Shown here one piece after another: positions 25,440 to 39,122 of a stretch of DNA of 64,000 bases. The stretch comes from Octopus sinensis (taxonomy: Eukaryota), in NCBI RefSeq assembly GCF_006345805.1, contig NC_043005.1:61008001-61072000 (forward strand), given 5' to 3'. Made by a program: the position numbers and the translations under genes. The notes below the pieces were generated by a model. That model was not told the origin of the DNA. It worked only from the letters and a program-made list of their open reading frames with translations, and made no database searches. Each line of letters starts with the position of its first letter. Within the stretch, counting starts at the first letter, position 1.

Positions 25440-27240
25440 TCAGTTTTTGCTTCCACCCATTCACGATCTTTCTTACCCTTTGCGTTTTCTTTCGATCTAG
25501 GCCATCTTCTTCTCATTACGTAAACTCTATAATCTACTGTTTCATACATAAACCGCCCTTCATGTTGAGATCGGGGCATTTGGACATAGGTATATCCATT
25601 GCTAACTATCGTACATTTCTTCAATTATATATGTGATACGCGTCCTAAATAACTCCCTTTGATCATGAAGATTCTTCCTAATACTGTATTGTTGAAGTTT
25701 GTGAGAGGATTAGCAAGATTATTATTGCTATGTCATCTTCATCCATATATTAAAACGCTTCTTATTAGTCTCGTTTCCAGTTTAATTTTCGCATGTATCG
25801 CCAATCTATGTAATTTCCATCCATTTGAAAGCGTTTCGATTGCTTGATTTGCTATATGAAATCGTTCATTAAATCCAGTTTCTAAAGATCCATCAGTTTG
25901 CGTAAAGAATTCAAGATACTTAAAATTATTTCAGTCTTTTAGTATTTATTCCTTCAAGGATACATTTCTCCTATCCGGTTGCCTGGTCTACGTAATTTAA
26001 GTTTTATTGGTGTATGGCTATTTCATCCAGCATTTATTTCACTCTGTGTGTTATTGATGTTTCATTACTAATCACAATGGTACCACCAGCATATTCAAAA
26101 CCTGACACTTACTTATATATATTAAAATTCTAGTTATAGTCTCCCGGCGTGCTAACGTTTCTGCCAACTCATCAACCGTAAGTGGACAGTATGAAGTATT
26201 TTCAAAGTCTAAACACGCAATTGTATAGTGGAAATATCACACATTGTTGCATCATACAACTTATAGAAACGTTCGGGACCTGCAATCTCGCCTGAAAACT
26301 GCTGGTTTACTCCATAACATAGGTTTTAAATTAATCTGTATGCTTTTGGAATACATTAGATAGTATAGCACTCGGTGTTACACTTCTGCAACTTCCACTT
26401 TCCAAGAAATTACACTCACACTTTTAATTCTAGCCTTCAAGCATTTTATTCATATACTATTTCTTATAAATTAGTCTCAAAGCATTTACAATCAGTTTTA
26501 ACAATATTTATCATTTCTCGAAAAATTCTACCAATTCTAAATCTGCTAAATTTTAATTGCTTTCTGGGTTTTATCATTTCACCAAATGATATTTCTTTTA
26601 CAACCAATTCAGGATTCCCTTATCATACATATTTTAACAGAGCATTTCTCTAATTAAACGTATTGTTCATAACCGCTTAACATCTTTGAACTCTTTGCCC
26701 GGACTCATATATTATTTAATACGATTTGCTAATTATTTCCTACAGTGGGTAAATGATCTTTTTCAACAGTTTTCACTAGCAGAAATGTTCTTTTATCTCT
26801 TTTTATCACCATTTTGGTTCTCTGTTAAGACCCTATCATTTAGCTATTTACATTTTTGGGTTCGTCTTATTTCCATACGAACCTTCAATAATTCGCTTTC
26901 TCTCCATTCATGCTTCAGTAACTTGCTAGATTTCATCCAAAATGCATGTTCTTTCTTTATATATCTCTTCTACTGAGAACACCTTTGGCAGCGTTCTAAG
27001 GGACTTAGTTTACATCCTTTCATGTACCACTAATTTCTACATCATTATTCATAGCTTCAAACACTAAGAATCAAGTACAAATCAATCCTTTGACTTATGC
27101 TTAACAATCCAAGTAACCGTTTTCTTTCGTTCTTACCACCCCAACTTCAACTGAATTAGTTCTATTACTAATTGATGATATCTTTCAAAATCTGTACTTC
27201 GTCGACATCTAGCGAATCTTATCGTTCCCAACGATTAACA
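25440..27240 (-). mobile_element. Decayed RTE-like non-LTR retrotransposon (ORF2 RT and C-terminal region)
   Basis: Manual minus-strand translation gives PLYNC..DFEN (~26200; cf. FIDFEKAFD), FEYAGGTIVIS (~26090; cf. YADD) and FKYLEFFTQTDG...RFHIANQAIETLSNGWK...KIKLETRLIRSVLIYG*...FNNTVLGRIF (25920-25670; the RTE post-RT pattern). There are several stops and frameshifts, and a SINE B fragment at ~26140-26175. The upstream boundary is approximate. Confidence 0.85.
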
Positions 27241-29058
27241 TCCTACTAGCTCATGATACATATGTGCACACACATATATCTATATCTATTTATCTACCTT
27301 TATATATATTTCCGAATTTGTGTAAATTTGTGTATATCAGTTGAATAAAATTAAAATATGGTCTGGTTTTCGCCCTTTTTCTTGTGGTATTTAAAAAAAG
27401 AATTATATTTTTTACAATCTTGAAGTGTTAAACATTAAAAATAGTTTGTAATGTTCATAAAAAAAATTAATTAACGCTTTCATACGTTCGTATAAATCAT
27501 CAGATTTCAAAATGTATTTAACTTGTTAGTTTGTGGTTCGGCTGCGGTTTTGGCGAGTAGAAGAATATATTTTCTGGTGTAAAAAAAAAAAACACCTGCA
27601 GTATGTCACAGTCAAGCGAGACAACTCCTTTCTACGAGCGACAGATCTCGATGTTTCGTTTACGCACACAGACACACACACAACCACACACACACACACA
27701 CACACATACACACACACACACATTAAGTAGAACAGCAAGGAAAACAATTTTGCTGCTCTTGTCGTTTAGTTCTGTCAAATCTTCCATTATGACCGTCCCG
27801 CCTTTATTTTCAGACAGGGTATTTTCTTAATATAACGTGTACTGTATGACTTCATTTCTCAGGTTGACGGTAAAATGTCATGCCCTGCCATTCAACATAT
27901 TTGGTGTTTTACCTACATCAGCAACAGTTATATACTATATGCATTCTTTTATGACTGCGGGGTTCATTTGAGAGGTACGTAAGCTGTAAATTGGCGGATT
28001 CATTAGACAGGAAAACCAAATGTTTTGCTTTATTTATGATTTCTGCTTTCAAATCCCACCGAACTAATTTTAGTTACGTGGGCCGATGACATAAAATACA
28101 ATTCCAGAGCTGACAACACATTCTTAGAATTCTTATAAATTCGGATGACATGTACTACGGCATTTCTTCTAGCCCGCCCTCCATTGAATTTTTGTAATTT
28201 GAGTTTAATATTTCATCCAGTGATTCACAACCAATGCATCACTGCCACCCCGAGTTTGAGAACGTTTAGTCGAATTCATTCTGTCAGAATGACTAGGGCT
28301 AAGCATAACCTATACCCCTTGGTTTAAGGATAACCTATACCCTTTGTCGTGCCCTCTGGTCTCTGTACAGATGTAAAGGTTCACATATATCATTGTCTCT
28401 GACTAAATGTAAAATATTATAAGATCGAATGACCAGGTACATATGCCCATCTTCCTTCTTAGATACTAGTAATTTATTTCTTAAGAACGAGCTCGTCTAG
28501 TGCGGGCGTCTGTTTCGTTTTTGATTTGTTGATCCATACACAATGTACGAAAATATAAATGTGATTAACTTCAAACGATATTTCTAGAGATAGTCTATTT
28601 ATGATCGTATACAATAAGTCTTTAGCAGTTCTAGCCATTTATACGGAAATGTAAGAGCAAATATTGTATGATAATATGTGAAAAACAAAAGCAATTTAAT
28701 CTCAATATGTAAAGTAAAACGAAGAAATGGAACAAAGAACTAGCACACTTGAATAATATAAAATAGAAATTTGCTTTGTTCCTGTGACAGTATTTTTTTT
28801 TAATTACGTACATCGTAACATCGTAACGTTATTTAAAGAAAATAAGTTAACAATAGCAACCGAAACAAAAGATAACTTGTCTGACCTAATTCTGTACATT
28901 TGAATATGTTATCTATATTTAAATCTTTTCATTTATCATAAAGCAAACATTTAAAGCTTCTTATAGACAGAGTATTATAAATGTGTGAATGTATATGTGT
29001 GTGTATGTGTGTCTCTATATGTGTATATGAATACATATACAAACAATACATATGCACG

Positions 29059-29105
<47 letters not shown>

Positions 29106-30579
29106 TATATATATATACACACACACTCACAAACACACGTATAAATATTATATTATCTAGGCATATACATGTGTGCGTGCCTGCGTGTGTATTTTTGTGT
29201 ATATATATATATATGTATGACGACCTACGCACATACATAATGCATTTTATAATAAAATTTCGTCAAGTTATCAGATTCCAGTAGCATAAGTTTGAGTAGA
29301 AAATGAACAGAGGGAAAATATTGATTTTCTATGTTTAGATCAGTGTCCGTATTGTTCAATGAAATCAATATGATTTGAATTCAGAAATACATACACACTA
29401 GCAAAAAAATGTGAAATATTAAATGCACCGTATCATTGAATATTGGCATCGATAAAAACCGATAATTCATGCTCTTTTAACCATTTTATTAAAACATTGT
29501 AAGTTAACTGTCTCAAGGGCATCTTTACGCTGAAGATGTGTTGTTTAATGCTGCATTTTAGTATTTGAAACTAAAGGAACAATGGTGGTGTTTTAAAGGC
29601 AAATCAACTCTAAACATCTGTGCGTTTCACGTCATATCTTGCAGTAACAATGCATTGCTTTTTCTTTATTATAGTTAAAAAGCATTGCTTTCCTTGTGGT
29701 ATTTATTGGTGAACAAAAGTGAATCTCCTTCATAGAATTTTGGTTATGATATTGGTGAGAAGGAAGAGCAGTGGGAGAAAGAGGAGGATCACGCTTTTAT
29801 ATTGCATAAGTACTGATGTAACACAAGATGTAAAAACTTTTGTTGAATTTTATCACACCGATACATCTATTCTGTTATATAACTTCTGATGTTTACATTA
29901 GGTGCTGAAAATAAATATGCTATCATGATGTTAGAATTTTGTTTGCTTAGTTTTGTTTTGAAGTGCAATAGTGATTGGTTCTATATATTTTAGGAGCGTA
30001 ATATTATTTTGTTCAATGTTTGTAGCTGAGACTGAGTAAAATGTGCTTGGAAAAATTTCTTCATGATATATTATACAAAAAAAATACAAACAACTTACGT
30101 AAAAATGTAAATAAGAAATGGACGACCAACTAGAAGTCCAAGTTATGATTTGTAAATGTGTAAACACTTTAATGGCAGAAAAGTGTAGACTCATAAACAT
30201 GGACGAAATGTTTTCGTTGAGTGAAATATTTCAGCATTAGTAAGAACAGCAGAGATGTTTCTGTCATTGAAATTTGGACCTTGACCATTATAGGCACAAT
30301 GCAGTTGACTATTACTATAAACAAGCGGGCGATAATATGAACAGAAATAATGGAGTGGTGACTTAAAGGTTTTCCGTTAATCATTCTTCGAATATAATGC
30401 AGACCTTTCTTTACTGCCTGCATGTGAGTCACATTATATAATATAGTCCGTGCTGTACTATACCGTAGACCAGTTCAAAATGGTTGGGGTGTGACATTTT
30501 TATGTAGCTGAGAGAGACTTAAATAACAATAATAACATTAAAATTTGGGAATATTAATCATTTCTGCAAGGCTTCAAGC

Positions 30580-30785
30580 TGGCTGACACGTTTGCAATCC
30601 TGGCAAAATACTTAGAAGCATTTCGCCCGTCCTTACGTTCTGAGTTCAAATTCCACCGAGGTCGACTTTGCCTTTGATATTTCCGGAGATGTTACAATAG
30701 TTACCATTCGTGTACTGCTGTCGATGTAGTCAACTTACTCTCTCTTCTGAAATTGCAGGCCCTGTGCCAAAATGTGAGACCAATA
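30580..30785 (+). mobile_element. SINE family B
   Basis: cttacgttctgagttcaaattccaccgaggtcgactttgcctttg core and ...ggccctgtgccaaaatgtgagacc tail. Confidence 0.82.
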
Positions 30786-33700
30786 TTAATAATTTCCATC
30801 AGAAAGTCACTGTGATGGAGGAGATCAATATAGTTAATTTAATCGACTATAGTTAATAGAAACATGATATACATTTGTTTAAACAACCGCAGATGTAAAT
30901 CACATATGTAAAATCTGTACTCTGAATGTAAACAGGTGAAACTTACTATTGTAAAGAAGTATAACATGGCTGTCTTCTAATAATTTTGTCATCTAATAAT
31001 ACCAGCAAAATGACGTATATCCTGAATGCGCTGAACTGTCGAGAAAATACCCTCAGCATTACAGGGGTACTTTATCTCTCCAGAAGGCTGAAAGAAAGCT
31101 GACGATGCTGAGATTTCAGCTGAAATCAGAAAGGAAACTAAATGTCGCATGTCAGCGTGTATAAAACCTTTGAAGATTCTCCCAACATATTTTACATGTC
31201 AGTCAATGATATTATTAATATAACTTGAATGAAATTAAACTTTATTTTCTAACAGATTTAGGCACAATTTCGTTGCCGAAAAACGATTTGATACATCTAC
31301 GGAGCAGGATGTGAGGTTTAAACAGTGTGATATTTTCTATTGCAATAAATGAGTCTAAACTCTTGTTTTGATATCGGTAGATTTCATCGTCGTTTTCTTA
31401 TCGTACGTAAAATCAATGTAAGATGTCATGATTATTAGATATAATATTCAGAGGCAAGTCCTATCAGCCTTTTATTGCTCAGACTTTCTACCTATAGATA
31501 GGCATTGAGACTAACAATATTTCAACATATTACGAATGAATCAAATTAAATGATTAATGCGTAAAGTTTACATTGTTTTGGATCTGTCTTATGCTTCATT
31601 TGTCTGGCTGCTGCCCCTTAGGGTATGTTACATTTAGCAAGTTAATGCATTGTTGAGAAGCTTCTTCTAATGCACTGATGTATCGACGGACACAATAATA
31701 GATAATTTAATATATTTCTCCACAGTATATAATAAAGGTATCAAATTCAGGGGCATATAAATAGATGTATATAGCTCAGACCGACGTTAAAATTGTATTA
31801 GTATTAAGACAAGATTTCTTTTCGGAGCAGAGGAGATATTCCTGGAAGATAAATTGTTAAACCTATTATGAACCCAATTGCATTAAAAAATATTAGTCCT
31901 CAATGCTTGCATTTCTAGGAGGAACAGTATATGCCACATCAGCTCATTCAAGTACGAGGAAATGTTCAAAGTATATCGGCAAATTTTGTATCCATTAAAC
32001 TGTTCTTCCACTCAGAAGAAAGCATAGATTAGATAAAGAAAAACAGGGAACATATCGATTCTTGTGATTTTGAAAGGGTGCACTAGGACGACAAAGATAT
32101 AAAAAAACTTTTGAACTCATCGATTCTTGTGATTTTGAAAACGAGTATTAGTTTTCATAATTTTATTATGATGGGAATCAATGCAAAATTTGATTTTTCA
32201 GAGCACAAATTCATTGATCTCAATTTTGTACATTCTGTTTATCACCAAACAACAGGCGCTGAGTCAATGTTCTGATAACGAATTATGTAAAGTTGTTCAG
32301 AAGTATTTCTAATCGATGTTAATACTAAACACGTTCGCAAATGAAAGCCTGTTAATTGACTACATTTTCCGTAATGTTAAATTGATGCGAGACGAACATC
32401 TATTTGGATAGCCTTTCTTTTACAGTGAAGAAGGAATAGCAAATCAACTTGCATAAGAAATATTAATTGGTTAGATTGACATTAGGTTAGATTGCTTACA
32501 TTGATAATTGGTTAGATTGACGTTGAGGGAAATAAATCAAGATTTAGTCACAAGCCTTTGTCTGAAAAGAATTCTTTGTGATGAAAATATACTTTTATTC
32601 TCAGTAAATAAATATAATTTTCATGCTTCTTTTGTTGTTAGTGAGCTTGAGGGAATAATGTACAACCATAGAACTTAATTAAATTTCATTAGAACATTAG
32701 TCACGTTTTCCTTTTTTTGTAGTTTATATATATGTGTGCGTGTTTGTATGCACATATATATAATACACACACATATATACATATATACGTATGCATACAT
32801 ATTGTACGAAATATATATATATATTGTTCGAAATCACCAGGGAATACTACATTGTTAAATTACTACATAAAGGTAACCATAATACCAGCGTTCATGACAG
32901 CAACTTCCATTGTATTTTACCTGCTAATTGTGATAACACTATTTTGAGTATGTCTAAGTGTTTACTATTTAGAAAAATAACACTCCCAGATTCCGAAACC
33001 CACTTGTGTCTTAAACGAAATTTCAATAATAGAAGAGAGATTATATATTTTGCCGTACATCAATATCGTTTTCTTCATATATTTTAGCGAAGTATAGATA
33101 ATTGTCACATTGTTGTACAACAATTAATGTTTTATCTCTTCCTTTTCCAATAATTGTAGAATTCCTTTTCATTGTCTCCCGTTTTCAATTGTCAAGTGGA
33201 CACTAGCCGATTTTCCAATCTATAATCCTAAAAAAATGAAAACATTGATTTTAAAATGCTTAGGAAGAGAATTCTGGATCATTATTTACTCAAAATATTC
33301 TAGCCTTTGGCGTTCTTGTGTGATTTCATGGTATTTAAATAATTTTTGAATGAATTTAAACTGTTAACTATCTATATATTTACACATACGGTAAAAGACA
33401 CCGCCTGAGTTACTGTTGTTGTTTCTGTTTCTGGAAGTATAATTCAGTTTATAAATAAAGCGATTCGGTTTGAGGCCGTAACAATTATTACTCCTTTAGT
33501 TTTATGACGCGTAAAATTATTCAGTGATTGCGACCTCAGTGGTATATCAGAATTCATATAGTAATTATCATTACTTTAGAAGTGTACATCAAATCTTAAT
33601 AGTGTAAATCAAACCGTCCAATGCAACAAGGAATTTGAAAATCTAAGATTGATGTTTTTGTGATTTGACATTTTAAACGACTAAAAAATTCAGTTAGCAC

Positions 33701-34817
33701 AATTCGAAAAAAAGAAATACAATTCCAATCACCGATATGATCACTGGTATTGTGAATCGATGCAATATTTCAAAAATATGGGGCACATGACTGGTTTTAC
33801 CAAGACTTAAAGATTGATTTCAAAATGACATTTTTAATTTAATGTAACCAAACCAGCATATTTTTTATTAAAGTTGTATTTTACTGCAATGTTTTTGATA
33901 TCTAAAACCAAAACTGCACTGATAGAGTAAGCTTATGACCATTATTTCCAAACCATACTATTTTCAGATTTAACATGTGTAGTATGACGCTACCCAATGC
34001 GGTTTGGCTTCTATAAAATGACTGAGCGGCATTTGATGCAATTTTTGAATATATTTCAATTGGAGCCAGTTTGGCGATGACGTAGAAAAATCGTCTCATT
34101 TCGCTGTTCTTTTCGTAATTGCTTGAATGGTGAACATCAGAGCACTCTTGCATTAAAACGATGTTGTTTCAAGTAAACGAAAATAAAAAATAACTATTTT
34201 GCAACAGCATACTAATTAAATGATTCATCTAGATAAAGAGAAAATTATATATTAACGGGTACGAGGAGTATGATATATTAACCAATTTTCCATTTAACCT
34301 CTAAATGCTATTTAAATTAATGTTTTGATTTAAAAGCAGGATAATAGTGACAATCAACTATGCGGAAATTGTAATGAAGTTATTCATGAAAAACATGATT
34401 TAGTACTGATAATATATGTCATGATATAATGAAACACATTGCATCAGTAAGGCAACATCAACTTATGCATCTGCTATAACGTAATATCAGTGAAATATTT
34501 CTAAATTTAGATTATATTAAATTGCATGCTTCAAAGTTTGAAAAATGTTTTGAAATTTGAAATTACGCTAGCAAATAGACGGAATTGACGAATAATCGCT
34601 ATGAGTAGCGCAAATGTGTAAACATTAGCATTTGTTGTCAGTGGTTTGATTCGTTCATAAATTGTTCATTATGCTAACAACTGTGAATTGACTGATCTAA
34701 AAAAAACACGTACATATGATAATAATTTATTCAATCTAATTCATTTCAAAACAATTTTTACGTACGAAACGCCGTTTGATATTCCAGGCATTAAAAGTAT
34801 AATAGTAATATAATTAT

Positions 34818-35215
34818 AGGTGCAATGGGTGGCTGCGTGGTTAAGAAGCTTGTTTCACATCCACATGGTTCCGGATTCAGTGCCACTGCATGGCACTTTC
34901 GGCAAGTGGTTTCTATTATACCTCAGGCCGACCAAAGCATTCTGAGTGTATTTCGAAGACGGAAACTGAAAGAACACCGTAATATATGTATATATTTATG
35001 GATATGTGTATCTTTATGTCTGTGTTTCTTCCACCACCATCGCTTGACAATCGCTTTTATTGTGTTCACGTCCCAGTAAATTAACCGTTGGAGAAAAAGA
35101 AGCTATAGAATAAGTACTAGGCTCACAGAGAATAAGTCCTGGGGTTGATTTCTTGGAGTAAAAACCCTTTAAGCATGGTTGTAATCAAATGACTGAAACA
35201 AGTAAAAGAGTGGAA
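34818..35215 (+). mobile_element. SINE family A, decayed full-length
   Basis: ggctgcgtggttaagaagcttg...catggttccggattcagtgccac...gaataagtcctggggttgattt...aaatgactgaaacaagtaaaagag. Confidence 0.88.
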
Positions 35216-35259
35216 GAATAGCTTTAATATGCCGACCACACACTCACGCGAGCGCGCAT

Positions 35260-35340
<81 letters not shown>

Positions 35341-36074
35341 TTTATTCATAACAAATGTAAAATTTAACAAGAACACGGAAAAATTATAGCTAATTACCTA
35401 TCAGCCAATGTGCAAGAAACCTTAGTAGTTTCGTGCCGTTATCGTTGGGACTACTGCTCCACTGGAGTTGCCAGTGCACAAAAAAGCCATTGTGAATAAC
35501 GAATGTATAGCGCAATGACGAAAACAAACAAGACAAATTAAGATAATTATAATAATTATACAAATACAACAAAACAATACAACTAAGTAAGCCGTAAGGC
35601 TATCAGACAGACGAATGTGGGTATGTGTGTGTGTGTATGTGTGCGTGTGTCTGTGTGTGTATGTCAGTATGTGTCAGTGTGTGTATGCACATACAAATAT
35701 CTTATTATTATTCAAAAGAAGTTAGAATGACTCAGAAGACTGATCGTGTCAATGAACGTATCTATCACCCCTTGAGTCACTTAGTAACTTCTGCAGCTTA
35801 ATAATTATTTACAATTTGGGTACACCGCCAGAAGGTTTAGGGGTGGTGTGTTAAGTCGATCACATTCATCCAGGACATAAACTGTACTTATACTAAACAC
35901 ATCGGAAGGGTGGAAAATCAAATTTGACCTCGGTGAGTAAATCCAGAAGAAATGCCGCTAAACAATTTCTTTGGCGTGAAAAGCATTCCGCCTGCTCACC
36001 ACATTTTCCTGCCAATTAATAATGAAAAATATGTATACTCGTGTTTGGAATTCTATTTTCTCGTTTGTATCACC

Positions 36075-36195
<121 letters not shown>

Positions 36196-36224
36196 ATATA
36201 TACATATATAGGTGTGTATGTGTC

Positions 36225-36600
36225 ATCAGTTTCAGCTGAAAGCCGTGGTCATGCTAGGGCACCACTGATTTGCTACACTGTTGTGATTGAGAGCCTCCTC
36301 TGATATGTAGCCTTTGGTGAACAAGGGTGTTTCATGTCACCGCCCTCATTTGCGCCTCCTTCCACGAGGTAGGTTCATCTGGGAGTTTCGACAGGAAGAT
36401 ATCTTCCTTTGATTTGAAAACACCTACATACACGCTGTGCAGGTCCCTTAAGCTCTTTGAGAGTATATCAAAAATCCGTGGGCGCTTGTTGCAGCAATTG
36501 GTTCTGAAGCACAACTGCAATGCTGAGATATTTGCCACTGTGCAGTGGCAACCCGTTCTTGTATTTGTGTAGCATTCAATGTCAAATTCAGGCACAATCC

Positions 36601-36604
<4 letters not shown>
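36225..36604 (-). mobile_element. 5'-truncated LINE 3' end (ORF2 C-terminus + 3' UTR); clade not assigned
   Basis: The ORF reads RPRIFDILSKSLRDLHSVYVGVFKSKEDIFLSKLPDEP, resembling the invertebrate non-LTR ORF2 terminal pattern GP.LFN.LP..LR....V..FK..LD.FL..PD.P, then (N)TLVHQ. It is truncated at a (TA)n tract. Confidence 0.8.
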
Positions 36605-36662
<58 letters not shown>

Positions 36663-37339
36663 CCTGTGACGTCAAGAATGACTTAATTGTAAAGGCTACA
36701 AGTCAAAACTAGTTTGTGATAGATGTATGATCGTAGCATACGTTCCATATACGTTACAACCTTTAGTTCATAGCCAAGTGGGGTGCTAATAAATGCTCAT
36801 TTACTAGACCTATTTATATTTACGTATAATAATGTTCTCAACTGTTCCTATACGCTATAAACATCTCTCTAAGTCACATTTCAAACGTTCCACATATACA
36901 GTATACACTGAATCATACATTGCAGCAGATAAATTAGATTTTCTTTTATTAGTAATTTTTCTGAACTAACTTCGAAAGATTTATCTTTGTTAGGTTTTTA
37001 TTACAGATACACTTTTGTACTTAATTAAGCAGCTCTTTTATTACAGATTCTTTCGCGAAAAATGTATTTCCAATCAGAAGCCTTTGATCTTCACTCTTTT
37101 CTATGTATAATCTCAGATTATTTCTAAATTCATTACATACACACATTTACTTACATATACATATATATAGGCACACACGCGTATACATACACACATTTCT
37201 GCATACATACATACATACATACATACATACATACATACATACATACATACATACATGTACATATGTTCGTACAAACATACTTATGTGTGTATGTATATAT
37301 ACATATATAATATAAATATATGCATATATATACATAAAT

Positions 37340-37607
37340 AGGCACAGGTGTGGATGTGTGGTAAGAAGCTTGCTGCCGAAGCACAAGGTTCCGGGTTCAG
37401 TCCCACTGCGTGGCACTTTGGGCAAGTGTTTTCTTCTATAGCCTCGGGACGACCAAAGCCTTGTGATTAGATTTGGTAGACAAAACATGAAAGAAGCCCG
37501 TCGTATACATATCTTTGTGTGTTTATCTCTGTAACCTAGCGTTTGGGCAAAAGAGAGCGATAGAATAGGCACTAGGCTTACAAAAAATAAGTACTGGGGT
37601 CGATTTA
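37340..37607 (+). mobile_element. SINE family A, 3'-truncated
   Basis: aggcacaggtgtggatgtgtggtaagaagcttgc...ggttccgggttcagtcccactgcgtggcac...gaaagaagcccgtcgtata. Confidence 0.9.
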
Positions 37608-37654
37608 TAAATACACACACACAGATACATACATACATACATACATAATACATA

Positions 37655-38845
37655 TATGGGAGAGTCGGCTGATTAAGATACTCTCAAATTAGTTTTATTT
37701 TTATCATAGGCCCCCTTTACGGTCCACACATTTCTTCCATCGGTGTTGCAGTGCTTAGATCCCAATGGTGAAGAAATCTTCATCCTGTTAATGAAAAAGG
37801 TCATCAACCGCAGATAAGAAATTATCATCACCGTGATACTGTTTCCCTTGTTGGGGAACAGATGATAGTCAGATTAGCCCAAATCACGAGAATAGAGATG
37901 ATTATCAACCAGTTCGAAGACACTGTAAGGCAAAGTAGCCATTGAAACCAAGAACTTGTATGCTGGAGCATTGTCTTTATGAAACAAGTCCTTTCTTCAG
38001 TTTTCCTGGCCGTTTCGCCTTGAGCATCTTTTGAGACTGCGTCAACACTTTGACATCAACTCATGATGTGGCCCTTCTGAAGATACTTAACAAACACAAT
38101 GTCTTTTGCATCACAAAACACTGAGTCCATCACCTTACCCGCAGATGAAACGACCTTCATTTTCTTTGGAACTGGTGAGAAGAAGTATTTCCACTGCATG
38201 CATTATCTCTCTGTCTCATGATCAAAATGATGAATACAACACCCTTCCTGGATGTGCCTCAAACAATTTCAGATTTCCCCTTGATGTGATCAGCCTGTTG
38301 CGCTTTTGATCAGGTATCAGATGACGTGGCACCCACGGAGTAGATATCTTTGTCATACTAAGTTCATTGTTCAGAATATTCTCAAATATCTCACTATATA
38401 TGCTAATAGCCATGGTTATATGATTTATCATCAATCAATATGTGGTGAGCGTAAGCAATGTTTTTCTCGATGGTTGTAGTTGAAGGATGTTCAAACCCTG
38501 GATCTTCTTCAATACACTCTCTTCTCTTTCAAAATGCAACCGCCTACTTTTCCACAGTTAGTGAAACGGGTTCGTCATTCCCTAATGTAACAACCATGTC
38601 ATCATGAATGTCGTTCGGGGCTTAACACTTTTTTTCCTGCAGATGTCTGATAACGCTACCATGCCAAATTTTGTCCATTTTCAAGAGACTAGTTACTTTT
38701 GAAGTCTTCTTTGAGTAGTCAAATATCCGTTTATCTGGAAATAAACAATGCAGTTATTGATAAGGAGAGTGCAAATTAATACATGCGAGATTTAGAGGTC
38801 CAGCGTCATTCATTCATAGCCAGCGTATGACCTTTTCAGCTCAGA
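37655..38845 (-). mobile_element. Decayed Tc1/mariner (mariner-type) DNA transposon with transposase pseudogene (ATG 38678 to stop 37695)
   Basis: Minus strand gives MDKIW at the start, WVPRHLIPDQKRNRLITSRGNLKLFEA (WVPHEL-type motif) and VDNHLYSRDLG*SDY (YSPDLAP-type motif), with many disruptions. TIR remnants at 37655-37672 (tatgggagagtcggctga) and 38821-38840 (cagcgtatgaccttttcagc). Confidence 0.92.
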
Positions 38846-38879
38846 CAGATAGGCACACAGACAGGCAGATACACAGACA

Positions 38880-39002
38880 GATAAATCGATCGATGGATAG
38901 ATAGATATAGATAGATATAGATAGATAGATATAGATAGATAGATATAGATAGATATAGATAGATAGATAGATATAGATAGATATAGATAGATACAGATAG
39001 AT

Positions 39003-39069
<67 letters not shown>

Positions 39070-39122
39070 TAGATATATAGATATAGATAGATTGATTGAT
39101 TGATTGATTGATTGCTGATTGA
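38880..39122. repeat. (ATAG)n/(ATATAG)n followed by (ATTG)n microsatellite
   Basis: Direct. Confidence 0.95.

Noticed and set aside
29931-30432. Overlapping hydrophobic minus-strand ORFs with a possible gtaagt donor at ~30095
   Set aside because: No consistent GPCR or other motifs in a single frame; needs transcript evidence.
31099-31130. HHR-like CTGACGA-t-GCTGA gatt TCAGC-t-GAAA
   Set aside because: It lies in what appears to be a decayed SINE B and has no helix I, helix III or NUH triplet; probably chance.
32054-32140. Repeat-spacer-repeat as a CRISPR array
   Set aside because: Only two repeats, no cas genes and a eukaryotic context.
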